Assembly: GCA_965203805.1 (NCBI GenBank)
Contig: OZ241917.1
Coordinates: 3,168,001 to 3,232,000 of the forward strand
Reading direction: 5' to 3'
Length of the DNA stretch: 64,000 nt
DNA from: Candidatus Latescibacterota bacterium
GTDB lineage: Bacteria; Latescibacterota; UBA2968; GCA-2709665
Under the pieces are notes generated by a model. It had not been told where the DNA came from and searched no databases. It saw only the letters and a program-made list of their open reading frames with translations. Position 1 is the first letter of the stretch; every line of letters starts with the position of its first letter. Position numbers and translations under genes: made by a program. Shown in pieces: positions 40,879 through 50,864 of this stretch.

Positions 40879-41880
40879 CTATTTCCATTTGAAAACGACG
40901 CCCAGCGCGTCTCCGGGATCGTCGGCGAGCATCGTGTAGATTTCCTGGCACTGTTCCGGATCCGCGACGTGGGTGATGAGGTCTTCGACGGGCAACTTGC
41001 CCGCTCCCATCAGGCGCATCACCAGCGCCCGGTCCCGTTCCTTCGCCCACCGGTAGTAGATGTGATCGGCCTCCGGCGTTTTGGGCTGGTGGGCGCCCAG
41101 GATGCTGACTTCCCTCAGATGCACGTCGGCCAGAAAATCCATGTCGACGGTACCGCGCGGGGAACCCAATGCGACCACACGGCCCGCCGTGCACGCGAGC
41201 CGGACGGCGGTGGGATAAACCGCGGGTTTTCCGGTCGCTTCGATCACGACGTTGGCGCCGTCTTCCACGCAGTGTCCGCCGACCGCGTCCCTGACGTCGT
41301 CCACGTCGCCGGGATTGATGCAGACACCGGCGCCGCGGCGACGCGCCGCGTCCAGGCGGAAACCGTCCAGGTCGACGGCGATCACCGGGAGGGCGCCGGA
41401 GAGGCGCGCGAGGGTCGCGGCGAGCTGACCGACGATTCCCAGGCCGATGACGACCACGACCTCGCCCAATTCGATGCGCGCCACGCGGATTCCGTGGATG
41501 GCGATTGCGCCCATGACCATAAAGGCGGCGGCCCGGGACGACACGGCGTCGGGTACCTGCCGATGGAACGACCTGGCGCCCGAGAGGACGGAATGGCTCG
41601 CGTGGTTCCCCTGTCCGGCAACGCGGTCGCCGGGGCGGATGCCCTCAACGTCTCTGCCGACTTCCAGGACCGTGCCGACGTTGCAATAGCCGGTGCCGCG
41701 GGGGAAACGGACCGGGTTACCGGGTTCGCCTCCATGCGTCCAGCCGTGGATCTCGGTTCCGACGCTGACGGCGGTGTACTCGTTTTCGATAAGCACACCG
41801 TCATCCGGTACAGGCCCGGTCTCGAAGGACGCGACTTCCATCCGGCGAATGCCGGGAATGAGGAGACGTCTGGCTTTCAT
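40879..41880 (-). CDS. MDR-family alcohol dehydrogenase-like
   Basis: SVGTE, GYCNVG, GDRV, GLGIVG, IEATG. Confidence 0.85.
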   Translation of the reverse strand: MKARRLLIPGIRRMEVASFETGPVPDDGVLIENEYTAVSVGTEIHGWTHGGEPGNPVRFPRGTGYCNVGTVLEVGRDVEGIRPGDRVAGQGNHASHSVLSGARSFHRQVPDAVSSRAAAFMVMGAIAIHGIRVARIELGEVVVVIGLGIVGQLAATLARLSGALPVIAVDLDGFRLDAARRRGAGVCINPGDVDDVRDAVGGHCVEDGANVVIEATGKPAVYPTAVRLACTAGRVVALGSPRGTVDMDFLADVHLREVSILGAHQPKTPEADHIYYRWAKERDRALVMRLMGAGKLPVEDLITHVADPEQCQEIYTMLADDPGDALGVVFKWK

Positions 41881-41966
41881 CTGCAAGTCCTTTCAATATG
41901 GTCGATCGCGGACGCAACGGGAAATGGTGACGGGCGCGGGATCCCGCCTGCCGGCGGGCGCGGTTC

Positions 41967-43004
41967 CTACGCCTGCCCGAGGTCCAGGGTCTCGCGGAAG
42001 AGTCGAAGGAAGTTGCCGCCCCAGACCTTGCGGATTTCGTTTTCCGAGAGGCCGCGGGCGAGCATGGCGCGGGTGAGCCGCACGAGCTTTGAGACGTCTC
42101 CGAAAACCGGAGTAGCCGAACCCATGCCGTCGTAGTCGGAGCCGACGGCAACGTGGTCGATGCCCACCAGGTCCGCCACGTAACAGATATGGTCGACCAT
42201 TCGATCCACGGAAGGGTTTTCCGGATCGATAAAGCCCGGGAGAAACGCAATGCCCATCACCCCGCCGGCCCCGGCCAGCGCCCTGAGTTGATCGTCGGTC
42301 AGGCAGCGCCAGTGGTTGCAGACGGAGAAGGCCGCGGTGTGGGTCATCGTTACCGGGAGCGAAGACCGCTCCAGAACCTGGTAGAAAGCCCTGTCGTTAA
42401 TATGGGCCAGGTCCGTGATGATGCCCAGCCGGTTGCTCTCCTCAAGTACGGCTCTGCCAAAGTCCGTCAACCCGCCGGCGCTTCCGCGTTCCCGTTCGCG
42501 GTCTTCAGGCGTGCACGGCCCGAACGGACTCCTGCTGCCCTGCAGCAAGGAGGGGTCGTCGCCGCCTTCGCCGTGGGTGATTCCGATGCAGCGAATTCCC
42601 AGGCGGTGGTAAAGACGCAATGTGTCCATTTCTCCTTCCAGCCAGCGCCCGGCGCCTTCGATCGTAAGCAGGATGCCGATCTTGCCGGTTTTTCTCGCCC
42701 GTTCAACATCCCGTGACGAGAACACCAGCATCAGGTCATCGGGATATCGCTCCACCGACGCCAGGGTCTGTTCCAGGGTAACCCGGACGTTTGCCGTGGG
42801 GCCGTTGCCGATCACGAAAAAGCCGGCGTCGAACCCGCCTTCTTTCATCCGGGGAATGTCCATATGGTAGGCATCGTCCCGTTTTTTCAGGTCCATCGGA
42901 CGTTCGCCCCGGTGCACGCGCTCCACGGGCGTGTCGTTGTGGCCGTCGACGATCAGGCACCTGTCGTGGACCGCCTGCGCTTCTTCAAGGGTGATTTCCG
43001 GCAT
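41967..43004 (-). CDS. Membrane dipeptidase (M19) family
   Basis: DGHND, IEG, DLAH, GSDYDG, GGNFLR. Confidence 0.9.
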   Translation of the reverse strand: MPEITLEEAQAVHDRCLIVDGHNDTPVERVHRGERPMDLKKRDDAYHMDIPRMKEGGFDAGFFVIGNGPTANVRVTLEQTLASVERYPDDLMLVFSSRDVERARKTGKIGILLTIEGAGRWLEGEMDTLRLYHRLGIRCIGITHGEGGDDPSLLQGSRSPFGPCTPEDRERERGSAGGLTDFGRAVLEESNRLGIITDLAHINDRAFYQVLERSSLPVTMTHTAAFSVCNHWRCLTDDQLRALAGAGGVMGIAFLPGFIDPENPSVDRMVDHICYVADLVGIDHVAVGSDYDGMGSATPVFGDVSKLVRLTRAMLARGLSENEIRKVWGGNFLRLFRETLDLGQA

Positions 43005-43074
43005 GACGATTTTCCTCTGCTGAACGTGGACGTTGAGGTTCCGGCGGGCTGGACATGCGCCGCTGCAGGACGGA

Positions 43075-44397
43075 CTACGGCGGATCGACGGGTACTTTCC
43101 GGTTCTTGGGGACCAGCGGATCGTACGTGAAACCGTCGGAGCGTTTTTCGAACTCCGCGCGCGCCTTCTTCAGGAGATCCGGATCCCTGCAGAGATCGAC
43201 CGCACTTCCGGCGAATACCTTCGCTGTCTGCCGGATCGCGCGCTCGGCGAAAGGCAGGGCGGCCTGCGCGGCCATGTCCCGGTGGTGGCCGGGCGTACCC
43301 TTCGCGTAACAGACCATCTCGAAGCGACCCAGGGGCGCCAGCCATGAAACATTGTCCTCGTCGGTAGACCCCCTGCCCTGCGAGCCGCTGCCCTTGCCGA
43401 TCTTCGTATTGAATCCCTTCTTGTATCCCAGGGCCTCGGCGCGCTCCCGGTCGGCTTCCGTGGGTTTGGGCGGCCCGAACAGTTTCAGATTCTCTCGAAC
43501 GATTTCACACATCGCCTTGTTGGGCAGACGGGGGTACACCGCGGTGATGCGCGACCACTTCATCTTCGTGTCCGTGGCTCTGGCCGCGCCCCGTGCGCAT
43601 CCGGTGAGACGCTCGCGCACGCCGTCGACCTGCTTGCGGTCTTTCCCCCGCACGAAGTACCAGATTTTCGCATAGGCCGGAACCACGTTGGGCGCGTCGC
43701 CTCCATCGCGGATCACGGAATGGATCCTGACGTTCTCGGGGACATGCTCCCGGAGATAGTTGGCGGCAATATCCGTGAGCATCACCCCGTCCAGCGCGCT
43801 GCGGCCCCGGTGGGCCGACGCCCCGTGGGCGGTACGGCCGAAGAATTCGTAGACGACGGAGTCCAGCGACGATCCGCCGAAATTATTGACGCCGGAAGTG
43901 TCTCCCGGATGCCAGGCGAGGCAGGCGTCCAGGTCCCGGAACGCGCCGTCGCGGGCCATATAGACTTTGCCGGCCAGCGTCTCTTCCGCCGGGCAGCCGT
44001 AGTAGACGATTTTTCCGGATGTACCGGTCGATTCGAGAGTCTTCGCAGCGGCGACCGCACCCACGGCCGGGGCAACGCCCAGGAGATTGTGGCCTCAGCC
44101 GTGACCCCATTGCCCCTCCTCGGGGCCGCAGTTGGGCAACGCGTCGTATTCGCCGAGCATCCCGACCGCCGGTTTACCGGCGCCGCTGGCCGCGCGAAAT
44201 GCCGTGGGGATATTCTTGAACGGGAACTCGACGTCGAAGCCGCGCGAGGCCAGGTAGTCCGCGATGGCCCGGGAGGATTTGACCTCCCGGAAGGGCCGCT
44301 CCGCCCACGCGTGCACCCGGCGGGAGAGGACCCTGGCGCGTTTTGACTCTGCGGCGACGGCGCGATTGACGAGACTCTTTTTTTCTTTTGGCTTCAT
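43075..44397 (-). CDS. M20D/AbgB-like amidohydrolase with in-frame TGA at the metal-binding Cys (putative selenocysteine, codon 101)
   Basis: ORFs 44095..44484 and 43075..44064 are in the same frame and separated by one TGA: EYDALP...GHG-TGA-GHNLLG. Downstream GCPAEE, WHP, GRSALD, NVVP and GSTD motifs are intact. Confidence 0.8.
44065..44094 (-). promoter_or_regulatory. Candidate bacterial SECIS element
   Basis: After the UGA: GGCCACAAUCUCCUGGGC-GUU-GCCCCGGCC; the apical loop starts with G, 18 nt after the UGA. Confidence 0.5.
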
Positions 44398-44452
44398 GAG
44401 GTTCCCCTTTCCATCCTGTCCATGTTTATTCCGAATTCTTGTACCGAATGCA

Positions 44453-45541
44453 TTAAGGGTTTGCGACGGCATCGGCCACCGCATCGCCCGCCTCGCGCGT
44501 CCCGGCGGCGCCGCCCAGGTCTGCAGGGTGGTTCTTAGGACTCTCCAGCGTTCGATCCACGGCGCGGTCGATCGTCTCCGAGGCGGCGGTGGCTTCGGGA
44601 TCGTTGCGGCGCGCGCCCAGCCAGGACAGCATCATCCCCGCGGACAGGATCTGAGCCATGGGGTTGGCAATACCCTCCCCCGCGATATCGGGTGCGGTGC
44701 CGTGGGACGGCTGAAAGACGCCGTAGCGGTCCCCCACGTCCGCGGACGGCGCCATCCCCATTCCGCCGATGGTGGCGGCGGCCAGATCGGAGATGATATC
44801 CCCGAACATATTTTCCGCGACGACGACGTCGTACCAGCCTGGGTTGCGCAGTTGGTACACGGTGAATGCGTCCACGTAGGCGTAGTCCCGTTCGACGTCG
44901 GGATAGGTCTCCGCGACCTCGTCGTAGATCTGCCGGAAGAACGCCATGCTCTTCAGAATGTTGGCCTTGTCGACCGAGGTGACGCGGCTGGCGCCGTCCG
45001 CGGGCGCCCCCTTCCGCTGCCTCGCGATTTCAAAGGCGTACCGGACGATCCGCTCGGTCCCGGCGCGGGTGATCACCATGTTGTCCACGGCGAGGCTGTC
45101 GCCGACGCGAACCCCGGCGCCGCGGGAGGCATAGAGGCCCTCTGTATTCTCACGCAGGATGACGTAATCGAGCGGCGGATCTCCATCGAGAAGCGGAGGC
45201 ACGCCGCGGTATTTCTTGATGGGCCGGATCCCGGCGTAAAGGTCCAGTTCGAAGCGGAGTGTCAGTTGGGGTGCGATTTCCGTGCCGTCGGGAAAGCGGA
45301 CGTCCGGATCGCCGGCCGAGCCGAAGAGCACGGCATCGGCCTGTTTGCAGGCTTCGAGCGTGGATTCCGGGAGGTCTTCGCCGGTCTCGGCGTAACACCC
45401 CGCGCCCACCGGATGTTCGGAAAACGTGAATCGAAGATCGGGATGCGGCTCCTCCAGGGCGAGGAGCACTTTGAGCGATTCCGCGACCACTTCCGGGCCG
45501 ACGCCGTCTCCGGGGAGCACCGCGATGTTGTACGTTGGCAT
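44453..45541 (-). CDS. Isopropylmalate/tartrate beta-decarboxylating dehydrogenase family
   Basis: LPGDGVGPEV, RENTEGLY, VDKANI, NMFGDIISD, HGTAPDIAG. Confidence 0.9.
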   Translation of the reverse strand: MPTYNIAVLPGDGVGPEVVAESLKVLLALEEPHPDLRFTFSEHPVGAGCYAETGEDLPESTLEACKQADAVLFGSAGDPDVRFPDGTEIAPQLTLRFELDLYAGIRPIKKYRGVPPLLDGDPPLDYVILRENTEGLYASRGAGVRVGDSLAVDNMVITRAGTERIVRYAFEIARQRKGAPADGASRVTSVDKANILKSMAFFRQIYDEVAETYPDVERDYAYVDAFTVYQLRNPGWYDVVVAENMFGDIISDLAAATIGGMGMAPSADVGDRYGVFQPSHGTAPDIAGEGIANPMAQILSAGMMLSWLGARRNDPEATAASETIDRAVDRTLESPKNHPADLGGAAGTREAGDAVADAVANP

Positions 45542-45551
45542 TCCCGTCCTT

Positions 45552-46730
45552 TCAGATTATGGCGTTCCGTGAAGGGCGGCGTGGGCGCTGGCGATCGTGG
45601 ATGCCGATGCGGAATCCGCCCGCTGACTTCACGCCCCGTTCCAGGACGTCCGGTTCGACGTCGAATCCCGCGCCGGGCGTTTCAGGGACGACCAGCCTGC
45701 CGTTTCGCATCCGCCATCCGTCCAGGACGATGCCCGGCATGTCCGCGGGGGCCGCTTCCAGGAGGCTGAAGTTGGGAATGGACGCGGCGAAATGGGCATG
45801 GGCGTACCGTTCGATGACGCTGCCCCAGCAATGGGGGGCGCACCTCGCGCCCCAGGGTTGGATACGGTCGGCGATGGCTTTCCACCGCGTCAGCCCCTTG
45901 TTTCGGAAGTCGTGCTGCACGATATCGATCCATCCTCTTTCGACCATATCGAAGAAGTCGGGCGGAGGCGGCCCGGATTCGCCGTCGGCCACGAGCGTGT
46001 GGTAGCCTCTCCGGTCAATGGCTTCCTTAAAGGCCTCGTTGAACGCCCGGTCTTCGGGAAAGGGTTCTTCGAACCAGTAGATCCCCGCGTCCCGGCAGCG
46101 TTCGAGAATGTCCAGCGCGATATTGAGCGTGGCGCCGTTGTTGGCGTCAACGAGAATTTTCGCGTCCGGTCCCGCGGCTTCCCGGACCGCGTGGATCACC
46201 AGTACGTCCCTGTCCGTGCCTTCGCGAACCGGCATCCAGCGCGCGCCGCGCCCGATCTTGATTTTGAAATTGCAGTAGCCGGAATCGCGGCCGACCTTGA
46301 CTTCCTCGTGGAAGATTCGCCGCGCCCCGTCGTCTGCGGTTCCCAGGTCGTCAATGTAGATGGAACCGTCGTAGAGTTCCACCTCTCGGGCGCCGCGCGC
46401 GCCCAGGAGCTTGAAAAGGGGCGCCCCTTCACATCTGGCGGCCAGGTCCCACAGAGGCAGATCGATCGGCGCGCCATCGGCGGTCGACCCGCCCGGTAGT
46501 TCAAAGAGCGCCGAGGGGCGCATTCCGAGCAGTGCTTCGGCGCGCTCCCTGCCAATGGCGGACCAGCCGATACCCACGGCGCCGCCCGTGGTGCAGATGC
46601 GCACGACCGGATCGGTGACGGCGGGACCATGGACGCCGATCCGGGCATTGGATCCCACGACGCGCGGGCGCTTTCCGTGCAGTACGACCTTTTCGATCCT
46701 GGCGATCGGGTCGGAAAAAGCAATTGACAT
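45552..46730 (-). CDS. Mandelate racemase/enolase superfamily protein
   Basis: DLPLWDL, KIKIG, VDAN, WFEEP, DGE, PHCWG. Confidence 0.85.
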   Translation of the reverse strand: MSIAFSDPIARIEKVVLHGKRPRVVGSNARIGVHGPAVTDPVVRICTTGGAVGIGWSAIGRERAEALLGMRPSALFELPGGSTADGAPIDLPLWDLAARCEGAPLFKLLGARGAREVELYDGSIYIDDLGTADDGARRIFHEEVKVGRDSGYCNFKIKIGRGARWMPVREGTDRDVLVIHAVREAAGPDAKILVDANNGATLNIALDILERCRDAGIYWFEEPFPEDRAFNEAFKEAIDRRGYHTLVADGESGPPPPDFFDMVERGWIDIVQHDFRNKGLTRWKAIADRIQPWGARCAPHCWGSVIERYAHAHFAASIPNFSLLEAAPADMPGIVLDGWRMRNGRLVVPETPGAGFDVEPDVLERGVKSAGGFRIGIHDRQRPRRPSRNAII

Positions 46731-46849
46731 GAAGGGTTTCCGGGATCCGGGTTGGGTGTACGATCCGGTAAAGTAAGCCAAAAACCAGGGGTTGGAAATC
46801 AAAAAAGCCGGCGTCACAGGGCGCCTCTATCGCACACGGCATTTAGGTC

Positions 46850-46878
46850 TTGACGGACGCTACAAGATGTAGTACTTT
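46850..46878 (+). promoter_or_regulatory. Sigma70-type promoter upstream of smc
   Basis: TTGACG-17 bp-TACTTT. Confidence 0.5.
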
Positions 46879-47110
46879 TCAGACACCGCAACGGATTATT
46901 CCCCAATCTGTTGCGTATTCCTCACCTCCCCATCTCTCCCCGTCTCGTTCTTATATTCGCGATACCGTATTCATAGCGAACGTCCCCGCGGTCCGGGCGG
47001 CGGCACGTGGGACAGGAATGGTTGTCGTTCCTGCCCTGCGGCCGCGCCTCCTGGTTTCCTTGCGTGCGCCCGTACCGGCCGGATGTTTGTGTCTTTCAGG
47101 AGGCTGCGCC

Positions 47111-50100
47111 TTGCATCTTTCGCGACTGACGGCATTGGGCTTCAAGTCTTTCGTACAACAGCTGGACCTTTCGCTTCAGAAAGGCATCACCTGCGTTGTC
47201 GGCCCGAACGGCTGCGGTAAATCCAACGTGGTGGATGCGCTGCGCTGGGCGCTGGGCGAACAACGGGTCCGGTCGCTGCGCAGCAACAATATGGAAGACG
47301 TGATTTTTTCGGGTACGCGAAACCGGAAACCGCTCGGCATGGCGGAGGTATCGATCACCATTGACAATGCGGAGCGGTTTCTCTCGACCGATTATTCCGA
47401 AGTGACCGTGACCCGCCGGCTGTTCCGGTCCGGAGACAGCGATTACCTTTTGAACAAGGTTCCCTGCCGGTTGAAGGATATTCAGAATCTGCTGATGGAT
47501 ACGGGGCTGGGCGCACACGCCTATTCCGTGATCGAGCAGGGAATGATGGACGAGATCATCAGCGACAAGCCCGAGGAACGGCGGCGGCTGTTCGAAGAGG
47601 CGGCGGGTGTGACCCGGTACAAGGTACAGCGCCGGGCTGCGTGGAACCGTCTGGAGTCCGTCCGGCGGGACCTGGAGACGGTGGATGCCGTCATGGGGGA
47701 AATCGAGCGGCAGGTGAAGTCACTCGCCCGTCAGGAGCGGAAGGCCCGCCTTTACAGACAGTTTGCAGACCAGATGAAGGACCTCGACGTCCGGCTGGGA
47801 CGCCACCGGTTCTTTCGGATGTCCGAAAGGTCCCGTCCCATCGCGGACGAGATGGCTCTTCTGAATGAGGACGTCGGAGTTGCCGCCGGAGAAATCGCCC
47901 GCCTGGAGGCGCGGCTGGAAGCCGTCCGGACGGAACTGGCGGAGCGCGATCAGGCGCTTGCGGAAGCGAACGCGGAAGTGAGCAGACAGAGTCAGCTCGT
48001 GCATCGGAAAGAAACGCATATCGCGGTCGCTCAGGAGAGAATCCGATCTATCGACACCTTCCTGGAGCAGGCCGACCGGCGGAAGGGGGTCATGGCGGCG
48101 CGGCTGGATACGGCCGAAAGGGAAGCGGCGGCGTCGGCGCGGATGGGAGCGGAGGCGCGGGAAGCATTGCAGCGGGCGGAAGGGGAACTGGAGACCGAGC
48201 GAGGCGAGCTGGAAGCGACCAACCAGGCGCTGGACGCACGGCGAACCCGCGCCGACGAAGAGAGAACCCAACTGATAGCCGCCCTGGGCGAAATCAACAA
48301 GGGAAGCGGCCGGTTGGAGCGCGAACGTGCGCGGCTGGAGGGAATTGCGAAACACCAGGCCCGCCTCGAAGCCGACGCAAAGCAGTCGGCGCTCCGGAAA
48401 GCGGAGGCGGACGACTCCGGACGGGAGGCGGAACGGCAGATCGACCTCCTGGAACGCGAGATTGAAGGAAAGAGCCGGCTGAGAGAGACACACGCCGCGG
48501 AATACGGTCAGCTGCTCGAACAACAGGAAGACCTGACCGGGGCGCGCAGCCGCCTGCTGGCCAGAAAAGAGGCCGACGACGCGCGGGTTGGACTTCTGAA
48601 AAGGCTTCGGGAAGGATTCGAGGGGTATTCGAGCGGCGTCCGCGCGCTGGCGGTGGACTCTCCGTTTGCGGACCGCGTGCGCGGGGTGGTTGCGGACCGG
48701 ATCGACGTGGACGGGCGGTACGCGATCGCCATCGAAGCCGCCCTCGGACGCGCGCTGGAATGTCTGCTGGTGGATGCGTCCGCCGACGCGATAAAGGCCA
48801 TAGACTACCTGAAATCGGGGGACCTCGGATCGGCGGCGTTTCTGCCGCTGGATTCGGTTTCGAACGGTAACGACGCCTCCTGGACGCCGCCGGATGCGGA
48901 CGGCGTGGCGGGCAGGGCTTCGGACCTGCTGCACGGCGAGGATTCTCCGGTGCACGCGCTGCTTCGCCGGACGCTCGTGGTGAACAACGCCGAAACCGCA
49001 GTTGGGCTGTTGGGAGAAACGCGTACTCGCGGTGTGGACGTGGTTACCGAGAACGGCGAGTTGTTCTCGGCCGACGGCACGATATACGGCGGGAAGGCGG
49101 CCGACGGCGGCACGGGCCTGATCGGGCGCAGGCAGGAGATCGAAACGCTGGAAGCCAACCTGTGCGCTACCGCCGCCGACCTGCGGGCGCTGGATGCGGG
49201 ACTCGAGGAAACCGCTGCATCCCTGGTCGAGACTCAGGCGCTTATCGACCGGACCGACGGGATTCTGGCCGACCTGAACAATCGCCTGGCGACGCATCGC
49301 CGGGACTTTCAGATCGCGCAGACCGAAGAGCAGCGACAGTTGCGGATGGGGGTGGACCTGCAGGAGGAAATCGCGGCTGCGATGAACGACGAAACCGGGC
49401 TTCGAGAAACGATCGCTTCCGAGGAGGCGGAACTCGGCGTGCTTCAGAAACGCCGGGAGCAACTGGAAGCGGCGGCGCGCAAGGCCGACGTGGCGCTTCG
49501 GGAGCGCGAACATCAGCAGCGGGCCGAACAGGACGCGGTTTCCAGGAGGCTGGTGGAGATCACTTCACTGAAGGGCAGCGTGGACCGGCACGAACGCGAA
49601 GAGCAGACGCGGACCCGGGACGCGGTCGAAACCAACCGGGAAATGAAACGACTGGCCACGGACTGCGATGAACGGCGGACGGAAAGGCTCGACCTGGAAA
49701 AGGCCGCCCGGGAATCCGAAGAGGAGCTGGAGCGCCTGCATCGCACGCAGGACGAACTGGAAGCGAAGCGGGACCGTCAGGCGGAGCGGCAGCAGGCGTT
49801 GTTGACGGATACCCGGAAGCTGGAAGAGGAAGCGCGGGACAAGAACCGCCAGGCGAATCAGAACCGGGACCGTCTGGTTGAACTACAGGGCGAACTGGCG
49901 GAATTGAAGACGGGATCCGAAGCGTTGCACGCTCGAATTCTGGACGAATACGAGGTGGACGTCGGGGAGGCGGGCGCATTGGACGATCCGGAATTCGATG
50001 AAGACGCGACCGAAAAACGGGCAGGCGAGCTACGCGAAAGGCTCCGCCGGATGGGTCCGGTCAATCTCGCCGCCGTGGAAGAATACGAGGACCAGAAGAG

Positions 50101-50707
50101 CCATCACGAGTTTATGGCCAAACACAGGAGCGATCTGCTCGAAGCGGCGGAAACCCTTCAGCGGACCATTTCCCGGATCGACCGCACCGCCCGCGGCCGG
50201 TTCATGGCGACCTTCGATCAGATTAAAGAGAATTTCCGGAACACGTTCACGGCATTCTTCGAAGGCGGCCAGGCGGATCTCCTGATGCCCCCGGACGAAG
50301 ACCCGCTGGAGGCGCCGCTGGAAATCATCGCCCGGCCCAGAGGCAAGCGGCTCCAGCACATCAATCTGCTTTCCGGGGGAGAGCGGGCGCTGACCGCGAT
50401 CGCGCTGTTATTCGCGATCTACCTGGTCAAGCCCAGCCCGTTCTGCATTCTCGACGAGGTAGACGCCCCCCTGGACGACGCCAACGTCACCCGCTTCGTA
50501 CGGGTGCTCAAACGGTTCGCGGCCGACACGCAGTTCATCGTGGTGACCCACAACAAGGTCACGATGGATGCGGCCGACTGCCTGCATGGCATTACAATGG
50601 AAGAGCCGGGGGTCTCCAGGCTGGTATCGGTCAGGCTGGACCACGAGACCCCGGGCGGCAACGGGCAGGCGAACGCGGTGGCGGAAACCACGGCCGCGGA
50701 CGATTGA
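47111..50707 (+). CDS. smc: Chromosome segregation protein SMC
   Basis: GFKSF, GPNGCGKSN, coiled coils and hinge, LSGGE, LDEVDAPLD; TTG start after AGGAGG. Confidence 0.96.
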   Translation: MHLSRLTALGFKSFVQQLDLSLQKGITCVVGPNGCGKSNVVDALRWALGEQRVRSLRSNNMEDVIFSGTRNRKPLGMAEVSITIDNAERFLSTDYSEVTVTRRLFRSGDSDYLLNKVPCRLKDIQNLLMDTGLGAHAYSVIEQGMMDEIISDKPEERRRLFEEAAGVTRYKVQRRAAWNRLESVRRDLETVDAVMGEIERQVKSLARQERKARLYRQFADQMKDLDVRLGRHRFFRMSERSRPIADEMALLNEDVGVAAGEIARLEARLEAVRTELAERDQALAEANAEVSRQSQLVHRKETHIAVAQERIRSIDTFLEQADRRKGVMAARLDTAEREAAASARMGAEAREALQRAEGELETERGELEATNQALDARRTRADEERTQLIAALGEINKGSGRLERERARLEGIAKHQARLEADAKQSALRKAEADDSGREAERQIDLLEREIEGKSRLRETHAAEYGQLLEQQEDLTGARSRLLARKEADDARVGLLKRLREGFEGYSSGVRALAVDSPFADRVRGVVADRIDVDGRYAIAIEAALGRALECLLVDASADAIKAIDYLKSGDLGSAAFLPLDSVSNGNDASWTPPDADGVAGRASDLLHGEDSPVHALLRRTLVVNNAETAVGLLGETRTRGVDVVTENGELFSADGTIYGGKAADGGTGLIGRRQEIETLEANLCATAADLRALDAGLEETAASLVETQALIDRTDGILADLNNRLATHRRDFQIAQTEEQRQLRMGVDLQEEIAAAMNDETGLRETIASEEAELGVLQKRREQLEAAARKADVALREREHQQRAEQDAVSRRLVEITSLKGSVDRHEREEQTRTRDAVETNREMKRLATDCDERRTERLDLEKAARESEEELERLHRTQDELEAKRDRQAERQQALLTDTRKLEEEARDKNRQANQNRDRLVELQGELAELKTGSEALHARILDEYEVDVGEAGALDDPEFDEDATEKRAGELRERLRRMGPVNLAAVEEYEDQKSHHEFMAKHRSDLLEAAETLQRTISRIDRTARGRFMATFDQIKENFRNTFTAFFEGGQADLLMPPDEDPLEAPLEIIARPRGKRLQHINLLSGGERALTAIALLFAIYLVKPSPFCILDEVDAPLDDANVTRFVRVLKRFAADTQFIVVTHNKVTMDAADCLHGITMEEPGVSRLVSVRLDHETPGGNGQANAVAETTAADD

Positions 50708-50774
50708 CCGCACAGGCCGGTAACCGATCGAGGGGGATCGAAGACACGCCAACAGCATCACGTCGGAAAATGCC

Positions 50775-50812
50775 AGAGGACCGGCCGCACTTGCGCTGCC
50801 GGTCCTCTTTTT
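50775..50812 (+). terminator. Rho-independent terminator after smc
   Basis: agaggaccggc...gccggtcctct followed by a T tract. Confidence 0.8.
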
Positions 50813-50864
50813 GCGTACGACGCCCTTCAGACGACGTTCGCCCGGGTGAGCCCGACGTCGCGGT

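Noticed and set aside
44095-44097. Genome-wide TGA reassignment (code 4 or 25), or a frameshift, as the cause of the split amidohydrolase
   Set aside because: Many genes here end properly at TGA (e.g. ATGA overlaps at 2327 and 2953; smc). Both parts are in the same frame, and the position requires Cys, not Trp or Gly.
46850-47110. N-terminal extension of SMC (likewise the longer ORF-track starts of queA, cysS and tonB)
   Set aside because: Family homology and RBS positions support the downstream starts
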